Shown here: positions 12,696 through 27,149 of the stretch, piece by piece
Layout: every line of letters starts with the position of its first letter
How positions within the stretch are numbered: position 1 is the stretch's first letter
Assembly (NCBI RefSeq): GCF_009834535.1
Contig: NC_045696.1
Location: 44,766,001-44,830,000 of the forward strand
DNA length: 64,000 nucleotides
Source: Camelus ferus
Lineage: Eukaryota
Direction: 5' to 3'
Notes under the pieces: model-generated
The model's input: only the letters and a program-made list of their open reading frames with translations
Told to the model about the DNA's origin: nothing
Database searches by the model: none
Position numbers and translations under genes: made by a program

Positions 12696-15592
12696 ATGCT
12701 CTCCATGCATATGGACACAGGTCAAACCAACCTGACTATAAGTGAACAGTCACTCTAGACACACTTTAATTATTCTAGAAGAAAGTGGAGTTACTTGAGA
12801 ATTTCTATAATCCTGTGAAAATAATGGTCAAAATAATATTTTGAATATGAGATTCTATGTCATGTCAAATCTTCTGGTATCAAATACTTCTAGAAGCAAC
12901 TGAGTATGAAGCAATCTCACGTTCACCAAAAGTTTATAAAAAATTAGAAGTCAGTAGCCAAACTAAAAGAACAGTTTGATCAAGTTAATCAATACATTCC
13001 ATTCAACAGTCATCAGATGAGTACTTAGAAACGGGACAAACATTAAAGTCAGTATAAATAATATCTTTATACTTTGCTTCCTTGTCTCTCATGCCCTTTG
13101 GAAGGTGCCACATAGATTTGCAGAGAGATACGTAGAAAGCACAGAAGAGAGAGAAAGAACAACTATTTTGGGGGGTGGGGGCAATACTGATATATCCTCC
13201 AAAAGATCTTTGATTTTATATATAAAATTTCATTTTATGAAAAAATGATATACGTGTATAAATATAAACATTATTTGGCTTTCTAGCTTCAGCAAATGCC
13301 TTTATACTTTCTAAAATATGATAATCTGCTTTTACAGTTGAGGTACATTGTATATCAAAAGATGCATTTTAACAAAGTAAAACATAATGTATTTAAAGAA
13401 TAATTACATTGTTAAACAATGAATCTGAGTATGTACTGAGGACAGGAAGCTTTATTCAATTGTTTATAGCAAAGTAAATTGCAGAACATAAAGCTAACAA
13501 AAGTCTATGTTGATGTTTCATACTCAGGATTACTCTTAAAACACGATCAAACAGTTGAAAACCATTCCAAAAACATGAAAGTGTAGGTAGTTTAATATAA
13601 AATATGTACTTACAAAGCTTGTATTGCATAGTGACATTCAGTTCAGAAATACTATATTGCTGGCCTAACCTTCCCATCCGTTTCTCACAGTTCGTCTTAT
13701 CCAGGCACTCTTCCAAGACACACAGAATATTAGCTGTGCACTCTCTAAATTTAACTTGAAAATTGAGAGAGATCAGATCCATATGTACAAGGAAAATAAA
13801 GTGTCAGCATGACTATCTTAAATCTGTATCTTGGATATTATTTTAAAAAGCTACTCCTTCATAGCTCACATACTCCATAACAAATTTAATGCAAATTTAA
13901 CCTTATTTTGTTGCATACCTTTCAGAAAACCATATTTCAATCATGAAAAGGGATACAAATCAATATTGCTTAGTAATTTTGATTAAAAACTGTATACCCT
14001 AAAGGAACATCCCAGCATTTGAATTTCAGTCGTATTTCACCTCCCTCAGTTCTGTTTCTGCTGTGTCAGCACAACATTATCTTGGGCAGCAGCTATTAGG
14101 GTGGTTGTCTCTTTAATGTTGGCTCTCTTGCATACATTTTACTGCCTGCTCTGATGGAATTTTTATCTTCACAAATATATTTCCTAATTTGTCTATTTCT
14201 GTGTTCAGTTAAGTCTATATGCTAAGAAGGTAAAGGTGCAGCAAGCTTTAAGTGACGTAACTTTAAAAACAGAATTTTCCAACAGTGAACAACTTGACAC
14301 ACTTTCTTAAGGCATTTTGATAAAAAATAACTTTCTTATGAAGTTTCTGATTTGCAGTTTACAAGAATTTGGAGTTTAGAGGGTTTTGAGGAAAAAAGAG
14401 GATTACTCAATGAGTACCACCTGCATCACAAGGCTAAACTAATTCCCTTGAAAAGTTTAAAATTTACAATTATTCTTTAAAAAAAATTCCTTTGTTGACT
14501 GTTGGAAATAACACAGATGTTTACCACATTTTTCACAGCAAATGTGTTATAATATACAGCTGGAATATTGAGGTCATGGATTCAGAGATGAAGCTATTTA
14601 GGAATTTGGGAGATTTTGTTCTGTTACTAAAGTATTTTCCCTGAAGTAACTTAGTCAATGAAGGAATAGTAATTTCCAGGGACTACAGATTTCTTTATCT
14701 GGATGATTGGCAATTTATAAGATTTGCATCCTTCATAAGGGAAGTTTTTATAATGCACAGGTATTTTGTCCACTACAAGCAAGATTAAAATAAGCTAATA
14801 AAATCTGCAGGGGTTTGGGGTTTGGTTTGTTTTTGTTTTTGTTTTCCATGTTTAGTGCCTGTAAAATATCTGCTGCTCTTAAAGAGCCAATCTGTCAACC
14901 TCAGTATCAGTGCGAGGTAATGCAGAGAGCAGAGATAGTCATGTTTTAGGTAGTTAAATACATTCATTTTCTTGTCCAAGTATATGATTATAGAGTATTC
15001 TTAAATTCAGATTTTATTCCACCAAAGTTTTCACTGAAAGCTTCTACTTAAAGGAATATTTCCTTCTATGAAATGCAATATAATGGAACAATAATTGAAA
15101 ATAGTAAATTAGCATTGTCCATATTGTGCATAATCCTGGTTCCTAAACATTAAATTTCTGTATACAGAGCTTTTAGTTAGTAAAAAAAATAGTAAGCATT
15201 TTAGAAAGGAAATGTTTCTAAGTTTTGGTTTCTTCTGGTTACTCAGAACAGGCAAATCTCAATCCACAAAGAGATTTCAAGTGTCTTCAAGTGAGGTGCC
15301 TAGTTTTTCCTTCATATTTTCTCCTTCATAACTGTAAGCACACTGGGAAAAGTAAGAAATTTTATGGCATTGGATGCCCATGGAATAATGTAATGTATTT
15401 TCTACTTTATAGGAAACTGTATTTTTTCATCAAAAGAAAGAGAAAAGGCTTCTCAAGAAAAAAATCTTTCCAAGAATAGGTGACTATATTTGCTGATTAA
15501 TGGGGTTTTAATAGTGTGGTGGAAATAGCTAACAACAGATGAGAGCAGTTTGGTGGAGGAAATATCAGAATACATGCTACACTTTCCGAATA

Positions 15593-15826
15593 TATTTTTG
15601 AGATATAATTTGAATTTAAATCTTACCTGTACAGTTCAATGAGTTTTGATAAAGCATCCAGTCAGCCTATCCAATATACAGAACATCTCCTTCACCCCAG
15701 CCAACTCCCTCATGTTCCTGTCTAGTCAGTCTCCCTTACCCTGTGCAGAGACAGTTTTACAATTTCGACCATCATAGATTAGTTTTGTCTGTTCCTGTGT
15801 TTCTTATAGATGAAATAATATGCTTA
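15593..15826 (-). mobile_element. Old L1 (L1MB/L1ME-type) 3' end
   Basis: 'tttttgagatataatt...gtacagttcaatgagttttgataaa...agaacatctccttcacccca...catagattagttttgtctgttc'. Confidence 0.8.
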
Positions 15827-17760
15827 GAAATTTTGATATAATGAAAAACATGAGAAGAAAAATAGTAACACCTAGTAGTTAAGAGGCAAGGAAGGTTCTG
15901 TCAAGATAGAAGAAACTTGTTTATATTGTTTATGGGCTCAAGGAAAGAACCTGTGTAGAGAATGTGCCAAACGAGCCAGAAGATTCAGAGAGAGGGCATA
16001 AGTAATGATGTGATTTTGAAAGAGTAGAAACATATCTTTTCTGAACTGGAGATAAAGATATGTAAACATAAATTCATAATTATGTCAGTCAACACTGTTA
16101 CATGACTTTCTCCAGAAAATTCCGAGCTGCTAAGGAGCATTTTCAGAGAAATCAGAAGACATGATTTAGCCAAGATTGATTATGGGCAAGATGGGTTCAG
16201 CAGATTACCCAAAGTATAATGAAAATTAGAGCACAGTAAAAATATATACAGAAAAATAATTGGTAAGGATCAAGGGAATGGCAGTTACTATGAGTAAGAC
16301 ATTTACCCCCACTGGTTATTTGTGGTTTGAAGAGCTTATGACCACTTTTAGCATAATGTCTGAAAGGAGCTATCTCCAATTTATACCTAATTTCCCCTTC
16401 CAGCTTTAAAGAGGCAACTTGTTTACTGTAACACAAAACGATTGATGATCCTTCAGCAAGTTTAGGAGACTTTTCATTTTGTTTCTGCTACTGTTGTTAT
16501 GAATAAGCATTAAAACACATTTGCTAATGAAATCCTTCACCCAAACATGGAATTTTTGTAGCTTTTAATCTTTCATAAAAACATCTGTGTCTCAGATTAA
16601 AACTGCCTAGAGAGCTAGACCACTGTACATTACCAAAGAGGTAAATAGATTTTGACTCTAAACATCAGGAAAAATACTGCAAGAAGGGCAGTTACTGTCC
16701 TTCAAAACCCAGCTCTGCAATGGTTTTGCTAACAATCAAAGCCATGCCAGTTTCTAAATTGCTGTCGACTCCATACGACATTAATTTTACATTCATCTTT
16801 TATTAAAAATATTCAAATAGTCCCTAACATCTAATTTAAAATTTAATTTGATTTAAAAATATTTTCCACCATTTATTTCTTAGTCTTTGATTTCTGACTC
16901 AAAGAATGTGACAATAGCTGTTTTATCATTCTTGCTGTACGATTATACTTTCTGAACTCGTCAATATTTGTGGAGAGCTCCTGCCCTTGTAGGTCTAGAG
17001 TCCCCTAATTTTCAGTACTCTCTACACCTAATAAGTGCCTTTCTGGTCATCTTGAATGTTCTCCAAGAAAGCATGGATGAATAGGCCAGGGGGACTATGC
17101 TCTTAAGTGCAAATCACAGCCATCTCAGCAATCAGGGGCCAGGGATCAGGCAAAAACATTCTTTAACATTGTGCCATCTTCACATTTTTATTTAATGGTT
17201 TCTCATTTATTAAGGCTGCATATGTTCTGAAGATCCTGCTCCTTGTATAAGAAGTGTTTAAGTGCTCTTCTTATATCCATTTTTCCTTTTTATATTAAAA
17301 AAAAAAAATCCTTCTCTTCCCAGCTCCATTAGTTATCAAAGCCATTCTTCTTCATGTGCCAGGGTGTAGCTCAAAGGTTAACATGTCCATCTAGCTTAAT
17401 CAAGAGGTGACTGTACTCTGGTATCTCTGAGACATGCAGAATGAAAAGGTTATAAACTCTGAATGTTTAGAACATTGTTTCAGCACATATTAATTAGTGA
17501 CAAATGACCTGAATTGATTCTGTCTAGATCCAGGTCAAATGAGCAAGCAGATATTTGACTTCTAGCCTCACATGCTAGAAGCCCGGCTGTTGGATTTTTC
17601 CACCAGAAGACCCAGGATCTAGTCTCAATTCCTTGAATGAGTTAGACTTTTGATTTTATCGGTCCTACACAGGGTAAGTGAGTAGGCTCTGCAGAAGTGA
17701 TTTGCACTAAGCAAGCTCATCAGAAACTAACTATGGAGCAAAATGGCATTTCATCAAGTT

Positions 17761-18000
17761 ACAGTGGAAGAGAAAGAGCATGGACTTTGGAACCAGGTAG
17801 AATGAGGTTTAACTCTCAGCCGCACCATTTAACAGCTGTGTAACTTTGGATGTATACTTTAATCCCTCGGAATTTAATTTTCCTGTTTATAAAATGAACA
17901 TAATTCTTATTCAGAACTCAGCTGAGAATTACCTAGGCTATACATGAAAAGTGCATAGGAACCTCCCTGGAATATATTATTGCTAAGTAAATATTGCTTT
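17761..18000 (+). mobile_element. MIR SINE, near full length
   Basis: 'agagcatggactttggaaccag...ccatttaacagctgtgtaactttgg...tttcctgtttataaaatg...aaagtgcatag'. Confidence 0.85.
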
Positions 18001-19589
18001 CTTTTTCCTCATTTCTGTTGAGAACAGAATGTTTACCTAATGAAATTTTGGTGTACTAGTAGGTGGATTCCTTCAGAAAGTCCGTCTACAGATTAAATAG
18101 TTATTTCATGAACATGGAATTATAGAGAGTGACATTTCCATCTAGTACTAGCTTAATGAATTGATCTTCTTCAACCTGGGACTATTTCTGGGTAGATAAC
18201 TAATGTTGGACTTTAGCCTTAAAAAGTCTTTCCCATGGAGAATGTAAAATACATGCAGAAAACATTTTACTATATACCTCTCATTCTTGAATATTCCTTA
18301 TTAATTGTATACTTCCATAGTTTAGTCTTTCCTAGAGGATGACTTTCTTAGTAATTTGACTCCTAACCTTTTGTAACACATTTTTGATCAGGAACACATT
18401 TTGGGATCTTCAGTAAGGTGTGGAAATAGCTTAAATTCATTAGGAGTAATTAGGGTGTGGTTTCTACAGATTTATGTTGGTTCTTACTAATTTAAATTTC
18501 AGTCGATTTTCAAACCCTCATTCTGAAATGGGGAAACTTCTTTGGTGCCTGCAGTGCACCCAGTAAAAATTACACCTATGAACAATCTAAACAAGGGATC
18601 TTATTTTGCAAAATAGCACCGTAGCTCTTGTAATCTTATACACCTAACCACCATTGCCTCAGTCAAAACTTCTTTCCTCATTTTTTCATCTCTCACTTTA
18701 AATCTTGCAGTTTTGTTGACGTCTGGAAGTAGGAACCATGTTTTTATAACCCTTTCCATGTGGTTGGCTGTTGCCCCATGAGAAAGTAGTAGTAATTTAT
18801 ACCCTCTTTCAAGAAGTTTGGGTATAATGAAGGATGTAGGCAAGAAAAGAATAATTACAATAGAATGTGCTAATTTTATCATTGAGCTGTGCATATGGTG
18901 TAACAGGAGAACAACTTGTGGTTTCAAGAGAAGGAAAGTGTCTGGTTCAAACTGAACATGTACCCCAAATTTAGCCAACAAGTAATGAGATAGCCTTTTA
19001 CCAAACTCTTGGCTTTACTGCTCTCTTTCTCTGACGCTGCTTCAGACTAGGATAACTGTAAAAAATGCAATAAAACCACCTTGTTAATCACCACTTAATA
19101 AAGACAAGTTATTAAGAAGTTTGGTTGATCAATTGTTGGTTGTTTTGATGTTACTAGATAAGAAATATAATGACGTCGCTTTGGCACTCTATACCATTCC
19201 TAAGCAATATCATATAGTGAACTTTTTTTTACAGATTTGATCTGTAAACTTGACCAGCAACCATTTCTTTACATTCTATTTTTATAAAGGAATAGAAAAT
19301 ATGAATGATTTTTGTATCCTGTCAGTATTGCAGGAAGATCAACCCATGAACAGGCTTGTTTCATGCCTGTGGTGGGCAGTCCATATGAAAGGTTTCTGAT
19401 ATAATTTATTCTGCCATCTCTATTTCTTCTCTGAAAAAGAATGTCTTACTAACAGGGCTGAACAGACCATAAGCAATGATTAAAAGCACATAAAATGAAA
19501 TACTCAGTTCAGTTTTGTTGTGTGTTCATACTTAAAATGGGAAGCTGGCATATCTGAAAACGTTAGTATTTAAGCAAAGACTGTATGTC

Positions 19590-20215
19590 CACTCCAACTT
19601 CTTGTTTTAGATATTGTATTTTTGAGTACTAAAATTTTATTGTTATGTCTTCATTTTATTTCTTATTTGTTTATTGATTTTTTTTTTTTTAGTGAATGTA
19701 TAGTTACAGTAGCTGCTTCAAAATCTATGCCTGCTAATTTGAGCAGCTGAGTCTCACAATGGCCAGTTTTCTTTGATTTTGTTTCATTACACGTGGATCA
19801 CATTATCCCGTTTCTTTGCACGTGTAGTAATTCTGGATTGTATCTGCACGTGTGAAGAATACATCAGAGAGGCTCTGGATTTTGTTATATTCTCCCAGAG
19901 AGTGATTTTTGTTTTTTTGTTTGATTTACTATTTGTTTGTTTGCTTTATGAGGCAATTAATTCCAAGTTCTGTCACCACAGCTTGGGGAAGCAGCTGATA
20001 TTTTTTTCAGATATTTCAGCTTTCATTGGGTTTCTCGGAATCTTCACGGTCCATGTGCAGTTCAGGGCTCTGCTAGATATTATGCAGGGTTTATATACGG
20101 TATTTGTCCCTACTTCTCTCCAGCTCTTTCTTTTCCAGCATTTCCCCCCTCACTCTCCAGACGCTGTTATAGCCTCAAAGTCTGGTTTATTAAGCCAGTG
20201 AGACTATGGAGCTTA
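19590..20215 (-). mobile_element. Old L1 5'/ORF1 region relic (L1ME/L1MD-type)
   Basis: 'gctgcttcaaaatctatgcctgctaattt...gtttctttgcacgtgtagtaattctggattgtatc...agaggctctggattttgttatatt' is typical of antisense old L1 5' ends. Confidence 0.65.
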
Positions 20216-20669
20216 CTGTTATTTATATGACTTAAAGGCACTCTTGAAGAGAGACCAAAAGCAAGCAGAAAGTAGAGAGGAGTTGACCGCTGAACCTAGA
20301 AAGAGATGTCACTGGGCAAATTCAGATAAGTTTCCTGCTTTTACAGGATTTTGCCTGTAGGCCAAATAAATAAATGAGCTATGTGCACAAAATACATACT
20401 GTATATATTCAATCCAAAGTTTGTAGATTTTAGTTTTTACATATAGGAAAGTTGGTCTGTTAGAAACTCTAAAAGCAGAACTCTACTCCAAGCTTTTAAA
20501 CTTTATTGTATCTTTCTAGAATGCCCCCTTGAATGTCCCTCTTTTTTTTTGTATATACTCCCAGTTTATTATCCATTTAAGACCCAATTCTAGTCCTGAA
20601 GGAATCTTTTTCTTACTGTTCCAGCAGACAATGTGATCTCTATCTCATATTGGAACATAAACTCATAAA

Positions 20670-20885
20670 CTCTCTGGCTTACTTCACTGAGCCTCAATTT
20701 TCACATCTATAAGCATAGAAATGATAATTCTTACCCCCTAGGGACACTATGATATGTTGTATGCATGAGTCTGTGTTTGTGTGTGTGTATATGTGTGTGT
20801 ATATAAAATATATATATACATATATATATGTATGTACATAATAGACACATATTACACTTGGTAAGTAGTCAGCAAATGATAGGTT
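20670..20885 (+). mobile_element. MIR relic containing an expanded (TG)/(TA) tract at about 20770-20838
   Basis: 'ctgagcctcaattttcacatctata...aatgataattcttacc', then the dinucleotide tract, then a MIR-like tail. Confidence 0.65.
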
Positions 20886-22669
20886 TAATTTCTCCCTACA
20901 GTTTTTACCTAAATTGAAAGTCATGCATTCCTCAGTTGTTCTCTAAAGTCTTAGAAGTTGAGAATCAGGTAGCAAAATTCAAGGGTACTTTGTACATAGT
21001 AGGTTCACATTATTTAATAAACAGATAAACTGAAAATCATTCTAAAAAAAAAAACCCTGGTTAACTATGCAGCTTTCCTGTCCTTTGGATTAACGTTCCA
21101 TCTTCCATGCACTCCAGGGTAAGCAAGTATATAATCTCTCTCATCCTAACAGTTCTTCATATCTTCATCAGGATGAAAAAGAACTTAGTTAACTTATAAC
21201 TCAAAAGAACCCTTATTCTAGCTGCTTCTTTGCCACAGTGAAAAGAAAAAAAAAAAAAAAAAGAATGTATTTGTGTCAAGAAACGAGTTAATTAATAGGA
21301 TAAGCAACCATGTTGGTGGAAGTTAGGAAGCATTACTTAGGGGTTAAAATATAATTGAAATAATTCATATTTTGACAACTGAAAATTATTTGTGCATATG
21401 AAGTTAGTTTAAAGTTATTATAAATAGGATTAACTATAGTTATCAGTTTATCAAAATTTTATAGCACTCAGATTTGAAAGAGAAAAGTGAGGGAAAAAGT
21501 GAGTGATAAGCAGGATTTATTCAGAAGAGAACCTTCTATGGCATTTCTTGAAGATTATGTATAATCAGTCCAAACTGCTACACCATCCCAGAAATGTACA
21601 ATGCGAATTGTTATTCATAATGACGATCCTGAGTCACACAATCTAACTCATCAAATGTGTTCATTCTCCTCCATAGATTATACTTAATAAGCCAAGAAGA
21701 GGATTAAGTCATTTTCAAAAGGTTTTAAAGGAGGATTGAAATTTTTAAAAATGTTTTTCCTCCCTAGTTCATGAGGAAATTTAATTAGTCAGAACATCCC
21801 ATTTTCCAAGCATTGTACTATTAATGTATAAAGAGTTTTTCAAATATCCAAGCTGTTCTGTGAAATGTTGTGTTTACTTTCATGCTGATTTTCTGTCCTT
21901 CCTCCTCAACATCAACTCTCAAAAAAGAATGAGACTGGGGAAAGGAGAAGGAAGAAAATAAGAGAAATAAGTGGCCCATTTATTCTTATACATGGAGATT
22001 AATTTATTGGTTTATCTTTAATTTGAATATTGCTTGGAAGATTTTATTAGTGTAGAACAGATCAAATTTGGTAGCATGAGGAATAAGATTCTTTATTGTT
22101 CAATGATTAAATTATTCTTTTTTTTTTTTGAAGCCAGAATTTAAATATAATCTGGTCAAACTGTTGAGAAAAGGGGAAAAAATGATATGAAAGAGAAATT
22201 TATGGGAAGGAAGAATGTCACTTTCTAAGAACATCTTGGCTGTAAAAAGCTTGATTACTATCCTATGAAAAGGTCAGCAGATGGAAAATGGGTCTAAATA
22301 AAAGGAGAGCACTTTAGCAAGATAAATCTGGTGGTGTGGAGAGCTTCTACACAAATAATACTTAATTTTAGACTAGTTATCTTCTGGAGGGAAGGCTGTT
22401 ATGGTTAGATAACTTACAAAATTGGCACTGGAGCTGATCAGCTGAAATTCAAAGCACAGTACTTTCATAATAATAATATTTAAAAACTTGATACATTAGT
22501 AGGCCCTTGTATTGTGTCATTATTACTAATTACTGCACATATGAAATCTTGGGTTCAAACATCCAGTTTTCTGGTTTCAATGACATACCCATCTAAGCTT
22601 ACTTTCTCTACCTTACTCCAAAAGTTTAAACATGACAAGATACTACTTTCATTTCAGGATCCATTAGCC

Positions 22670-23000
22670 TACCCTATCTTGTTCTTACTTCCTCCCTTCC
22701 CAACCTAGCTCCCAGGAGCTTTCATTGTAATTAGATCCTTATAAACTTTAACTCTCTTGTCCCTTTCATCTTCCATCTTTCTTGCTTAGCAAACCCCAAA
22801 TCTCTACAAATTCAGCTATCTCCTTACTTCAGGCTTCACACAAACTGGAGAGCATAGCTGAAGAAAAATGATACTACCATTATGATTAGTTTCATGGAAA
22901 GTGCGGGACCATAAATCTCAGATGAACACTCATCACTGCGCAGGAATCCTGTGATATGGCCCCAGTAAGTTCCTTTCTCATATGCTTACATTTTCTCACC
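22670..23000 (+). mobile_element. L2 internal (ORF) relic
   Basis: 'gcaaaccccaaatctc...gctatctccttacttc...catagctgaagaaaaa...gaccataaatctcagatgaac' resembles the L2 ORF region. Confidence 0.6.
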
Positions 23001-24949
23001 AAAAAGCAGTATGACCAAGGAATGTGTGTGTAAGACTCCCATCCACAGAGTTTCATGCTACATTCCATCTTCTACCCCATCCTCTCCCTCTAAGTCCTGG
23101 AAATGTATTTAGGTCAGTTAAATCACTAGCCGATGTGGGCTGCTGATAATAATGTGGAATAAGACAGTTTTTCTTTGAAAAGTGAAGGTGGCTGTCTTCA
23201 AAGGCCTGTTCTATCCAGTGATTCAAAAAGTTACATTTGAGATTGAAACTATGCTTTTAAGGGTCAGTAGCTACTTAATTATCAACTCCATCCCTGTGGT
23301 CAGTACCATAGGTAGCTGTTAGGGTTTATAGCATTTGGTTTTATTCTCAGAAGTTGGTATCCTTTGAGGTTTTTTTTGGCAATTATCCAAAACATATGCT
23401 GTTTTTCCAACAACATCAAATAGGTTATGTAGACCTTGTTACAAGAATTTTGATGCTCTTCTGTGACTTGCCCTCCTCTAATTTTGAATTAAAGATGTAA
23501 TTAGATACTACATGGAACTGTTGGAATGCATTCTGCTTGTCAGCATCTCTCTGTGGTGTTCATGAAGCAGCTTCATGTGTTTATGTGTTTGTTTCAGCTT
23601 GTTCCATATTGCAGTTCTTAGCTATACTGAGGTATTACATAGAAAATTTTGTGAGAATATATTTTCTCTTGTTCTGTGAGAGGGTGTTCAGCCTGTTAAA
23701 TTATGCCCAGTACATGAAATTAATACTGAAGAGATTTACGGCAACTTTATGTAAATTTATTCATATTTAGTCTAATTTTCTAGGTAGATCTGCTTTCAAT
23801 GACAAATGAAAATATTCAGACTTAATCGTTTTCTTTTTTAAAATAAAGGGAGCTTTATCATTTTACATTCAAAAGTTATTTGGGAGTAAGTGATAGCAAT
23901 CTGCTACCTTGACAATGAGGAACGTTGATATCATTGGCAGTGGACATACTATAATTCTAAATTGCAGTATCTTATTTACCGGTAAAACATATTTATAAGA
24001 GTTTTTGTCTTTAAGTTTCCTTTGGCTTCCCAGCTCTTTTTATTTGTGTTGCATGTAAAATGCTTCACAGGTTCCAGCCAGTCCATTGATTCAGCTGGCC
24101 CACTGAAAATCATCCCCATGGCAGCTCAATTAAAGCAAATAATATTTGATTATCTAACAACTGGGAGGATAAACTGTGGCTTGTGGGGTCACTGAATCAT
24201 TTTACAATTAGAATATCTCTGCCATGCTCTTGTAGCTGTAGCCAGAGTCACATGCTGTGGCTACAAACCCGGCAAGGCACTTTCTAACTGACTTTCCTCT
24301 TGATGATGTTTTCTTACATTGTCAGTAGGCAAAGTGTCATTTGTTTTGAAGCCTAGATTCTGAACTTAAACCATCAAGCAAAGTCTATTAATGCTGAAGT
24401 TTTTAAGTTAATAGTTTCCTCAATGATTACATTTTTAAATGATACAGATAACTTTATATAATATCCTTCATGTGAAGTTGGCTTGTATGCTAGAAAAAAA
24501 TTTAAATGAGATTTTAAAAACACTCTGATTGCTCCGAAGAGAAATCACTCAGGTAGATATACAGAAATAAAACACTAAACTGCAATGTGTTCTGTTCATC
24601 TGTTTCAGTTGTGTACTTGCTTGAAACTAATTTACTGGTTAAGTTAGCATTTCCCTTTAAAATAGTCTTTGCTGAGTAGATAAAAACCTATCTATAACTT
24701 TTCATTAACTGGGGCATAAGTTTTAAATACAGAAGACTTAATCTCACACACACAGTTTGGCAGTAAAATTGTTCAGCATCGAATATAACAATGTGATAAA
24801 TTTAAATTTCATGCTCAGCAAAATATCAGATTATTTGAATAAGTCTAAGAGAAAACTCTTCTGAAAGGTTGTCTCTGATTATTGGACTAGCTCTGAAAAC
24901 TTAAATTACTCACATCTGTCATAGCTTCCCTCAGTTTCTCAGAAACTTT

Positions 24950-26280
24950 ACACTCTCTTTTGTCTGCTTTCTCTCCCTCTGAACTAAATCCTTGCCATCA
25001 TCACCACGCCCAGAATTCTGCCATCTTAACAAAATGTATTTCCATAACCCAACTTTTCTTCACTCTTCTAACTGCCACCCTCTTCCTTCTTCCTTTTTCA
25101 CAACCGAACTTCTTGTAAATAGCTATCAACACATGCCTTTCTCCTCAGGGTCTAATTTTCCTGCAAGCTCCAGCCATCCACAAAAAATGATTCCTCCCAA
25201 GATCAGCAGTGGCCTATGTTACTAAGGCAGTGGGATTTTTGATTCTTCATTTTACATGACTTCTCTGGTACATTGCAAGCTAAGGATGATTCCTTCCTCC
25301 AGGCGCTATTTTCTTGCCCTCTACCACATTGCACAACACTTATTCTTTCCTTTGCTGGCTCAATCTCATCTACCTAACCTTCAAATGTTGGAGTTCCTTG
25401 AGCCTCAGGTGGCATATTTCTATAGCAATTCTCTTCTTGCTCTAAATGTTCTCCTTCACAATCATAGCATTCATTATCTGTGTGCTGATGATCCTCAAAT
25501 TTACACCTCTAAACCAAAACATTTCTCTGATGTCCAATTCTGCATTGAGCTGTATACCTAAATTCTTCCTCTGAATCTTACAGTACTTCCACTGAAGTTC
25601 AGTATGTCCCCCCCCATCAAATACTCTATAATTCTTCCACAGATTTCCACCTTTTCCATCCTTCTCATCTCAGTAAGTGACATCACCACCTGCTTATTTG
25701 CTTAGGCTAGAAACCTAGGAACCATTGTTTACTGTTCTCTCTCTGACTCTCCAAATCCAGAATATCTGCTATTCCTTTCTATTTTAAATCCACTGTCTAA
25801 AGTGCTTTAAATGACCATCTGTTGCAACTAGGGAAAAAAAAGTTCTTTTCTTGGTCAACCAGGCTGGGCTAACCTTGCCTGCCTCACCTGGAGACCATTC
25901 TTGCTTCACGAATAGATGTTTTCTCTGGTCCTTCAAACACATTTTCCCCTTTCTGATTCAAGCCTCACTTATTCCTCCGTCTATCTAAAACTCTCTCTAT
26001 TGATTAACTTTTATTCACTCTTCAAAGTTCAGTTCTATTTTCTGTCACTTGAGGATATCTACTACATGCTTTGATATCACTATTTACTTCACATTCATAG
26101 CACTGTTATAATTAAATAGTTAGCTCTTTTTTGTATTGTTATTTGCTTTTTTACTTTCCCACTAGAATATAAGCTTTATTAGAGCAGAGAACATTATTAC
26201 ATCTCTAACTCTTGGCATAATGCCTCACATGTACATAGAGGGTATTTTTAGAATAATTATCAAGTTAATAAATACATGAT
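24950..26280 (+). mobile_element. L2 LINE, RT domain to 3' end, degenerate
   Basis: ORF 25256-25561 contains HYLCADDPQIY, a decayed L2 RT YADD motif. It is followed by 'gctagaaacctaggaacc' and 3' motifs 'actagaatataagct...agagcagaga'. Confidence 0.85.
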
Positions 26281-26837
26281 GGGTGTAAATTTTCCTCTCT
26301 AATTAGATTTTAAAAGATTAATACTTCAAAAACTAAACCAGAATACTAAATAAATGTTTGATTATATAAGTCAAATAAAAATAAATGTTTACAGCTTTAT
26401 TTAAAAGTTTTTTTTAAAGCTTTCTGCCATTCACTCTTAAAGAATTGAATTAAAACTTTTGTTGTTGTTTGACCAGGTTGCAAATTGTTCAGTTACTGTA
26501 CTTTAAATTGTGGAATCAATATTTTACAAAAACTTTCTTCTTTTATTGTACAACATAGTGTACATATCTAATAGAGGTTTCTTTTGAAGGTTGATAATAT
26601 ATTAACAGATAGATTTACAAATAGGTACAATCAATGAAAACTACTGAATACCAAAGCCTGACTAATGAGTTTTATAAAATTAAAGTGTTTTTGTAAGTGT
26701 AACAAAAATAGATACCCAATTTTATACTTATTTTTTGTATTCATATTCCTTTCTTTTGAGATCATAAACAAAAACACATAAATTCTGAAAAACTTTTCAC
26801 TAAGTAGCTCATTGACAACATATATCTAAATATTTTA

Positions 26838-26958
26838 TTTGTGGCGGGGGTAATTAGGTCTATTATTTATTTATTTTTTGAGGAGGTAGTGGGGATTGAA
26901 CCTGAGGATCTTGTGCATGCTAAGCATGTGCTCTACCTTGAGCTATACCTTCTACCCC
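26838..26958 (-). mobile_element. tRNA-Ala-derived camelid SINE (vic-1 type)
   Basis: Minus strand 'ggtatagctcaaggtagagcacatgcttagcatgcacaagatcctcaggttcaatccccactacctcc' is a tRNA-Ala(AGC)-like head with A/B boxes, followed by an (aaat)n tail. Perfect 12-bp TSD ctaaatatttta at 26826-26837 and 26959-26970. Confidence 0.92.
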
Positions 26959-27149
26959 CTAAATATTTTAAGGACATTTAGAAGTAAGACTCCAGCCTTT
27001 TGCTTACCTCTGAACTCTTTTTCAGCTCTTAAGTTATATGAACAATTGAGTATACTAGAGTAGTACATCATATCTCTTGTTTGGGAAGGTTATTTTCTTC
27101 ATAAATATATTTCATAAGTAACAAAAGCTTAGAACTTTAAGTAACAAAT

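Noticed and set aside
17607..17673. + strand 67-nt interval with 'ccaccag|' and '|gtaagt'
   Set aside because: Stops in all three frames and no other support.
18601..18981. 126-aa minus-strand ORF
   Set aside because: No recognisable homology or exon structure.
19773..20201. 142-aa hydrophobic ORF that looks like a membrane protein
   Set aside because: It is the T-rich antisense strand of an old L1 5' region.
26880..26958. tRNA-Ala gene
   Set aside because: Degenerate stems, a SINE tail and a flanking TSD show it is a retroposed SINE.
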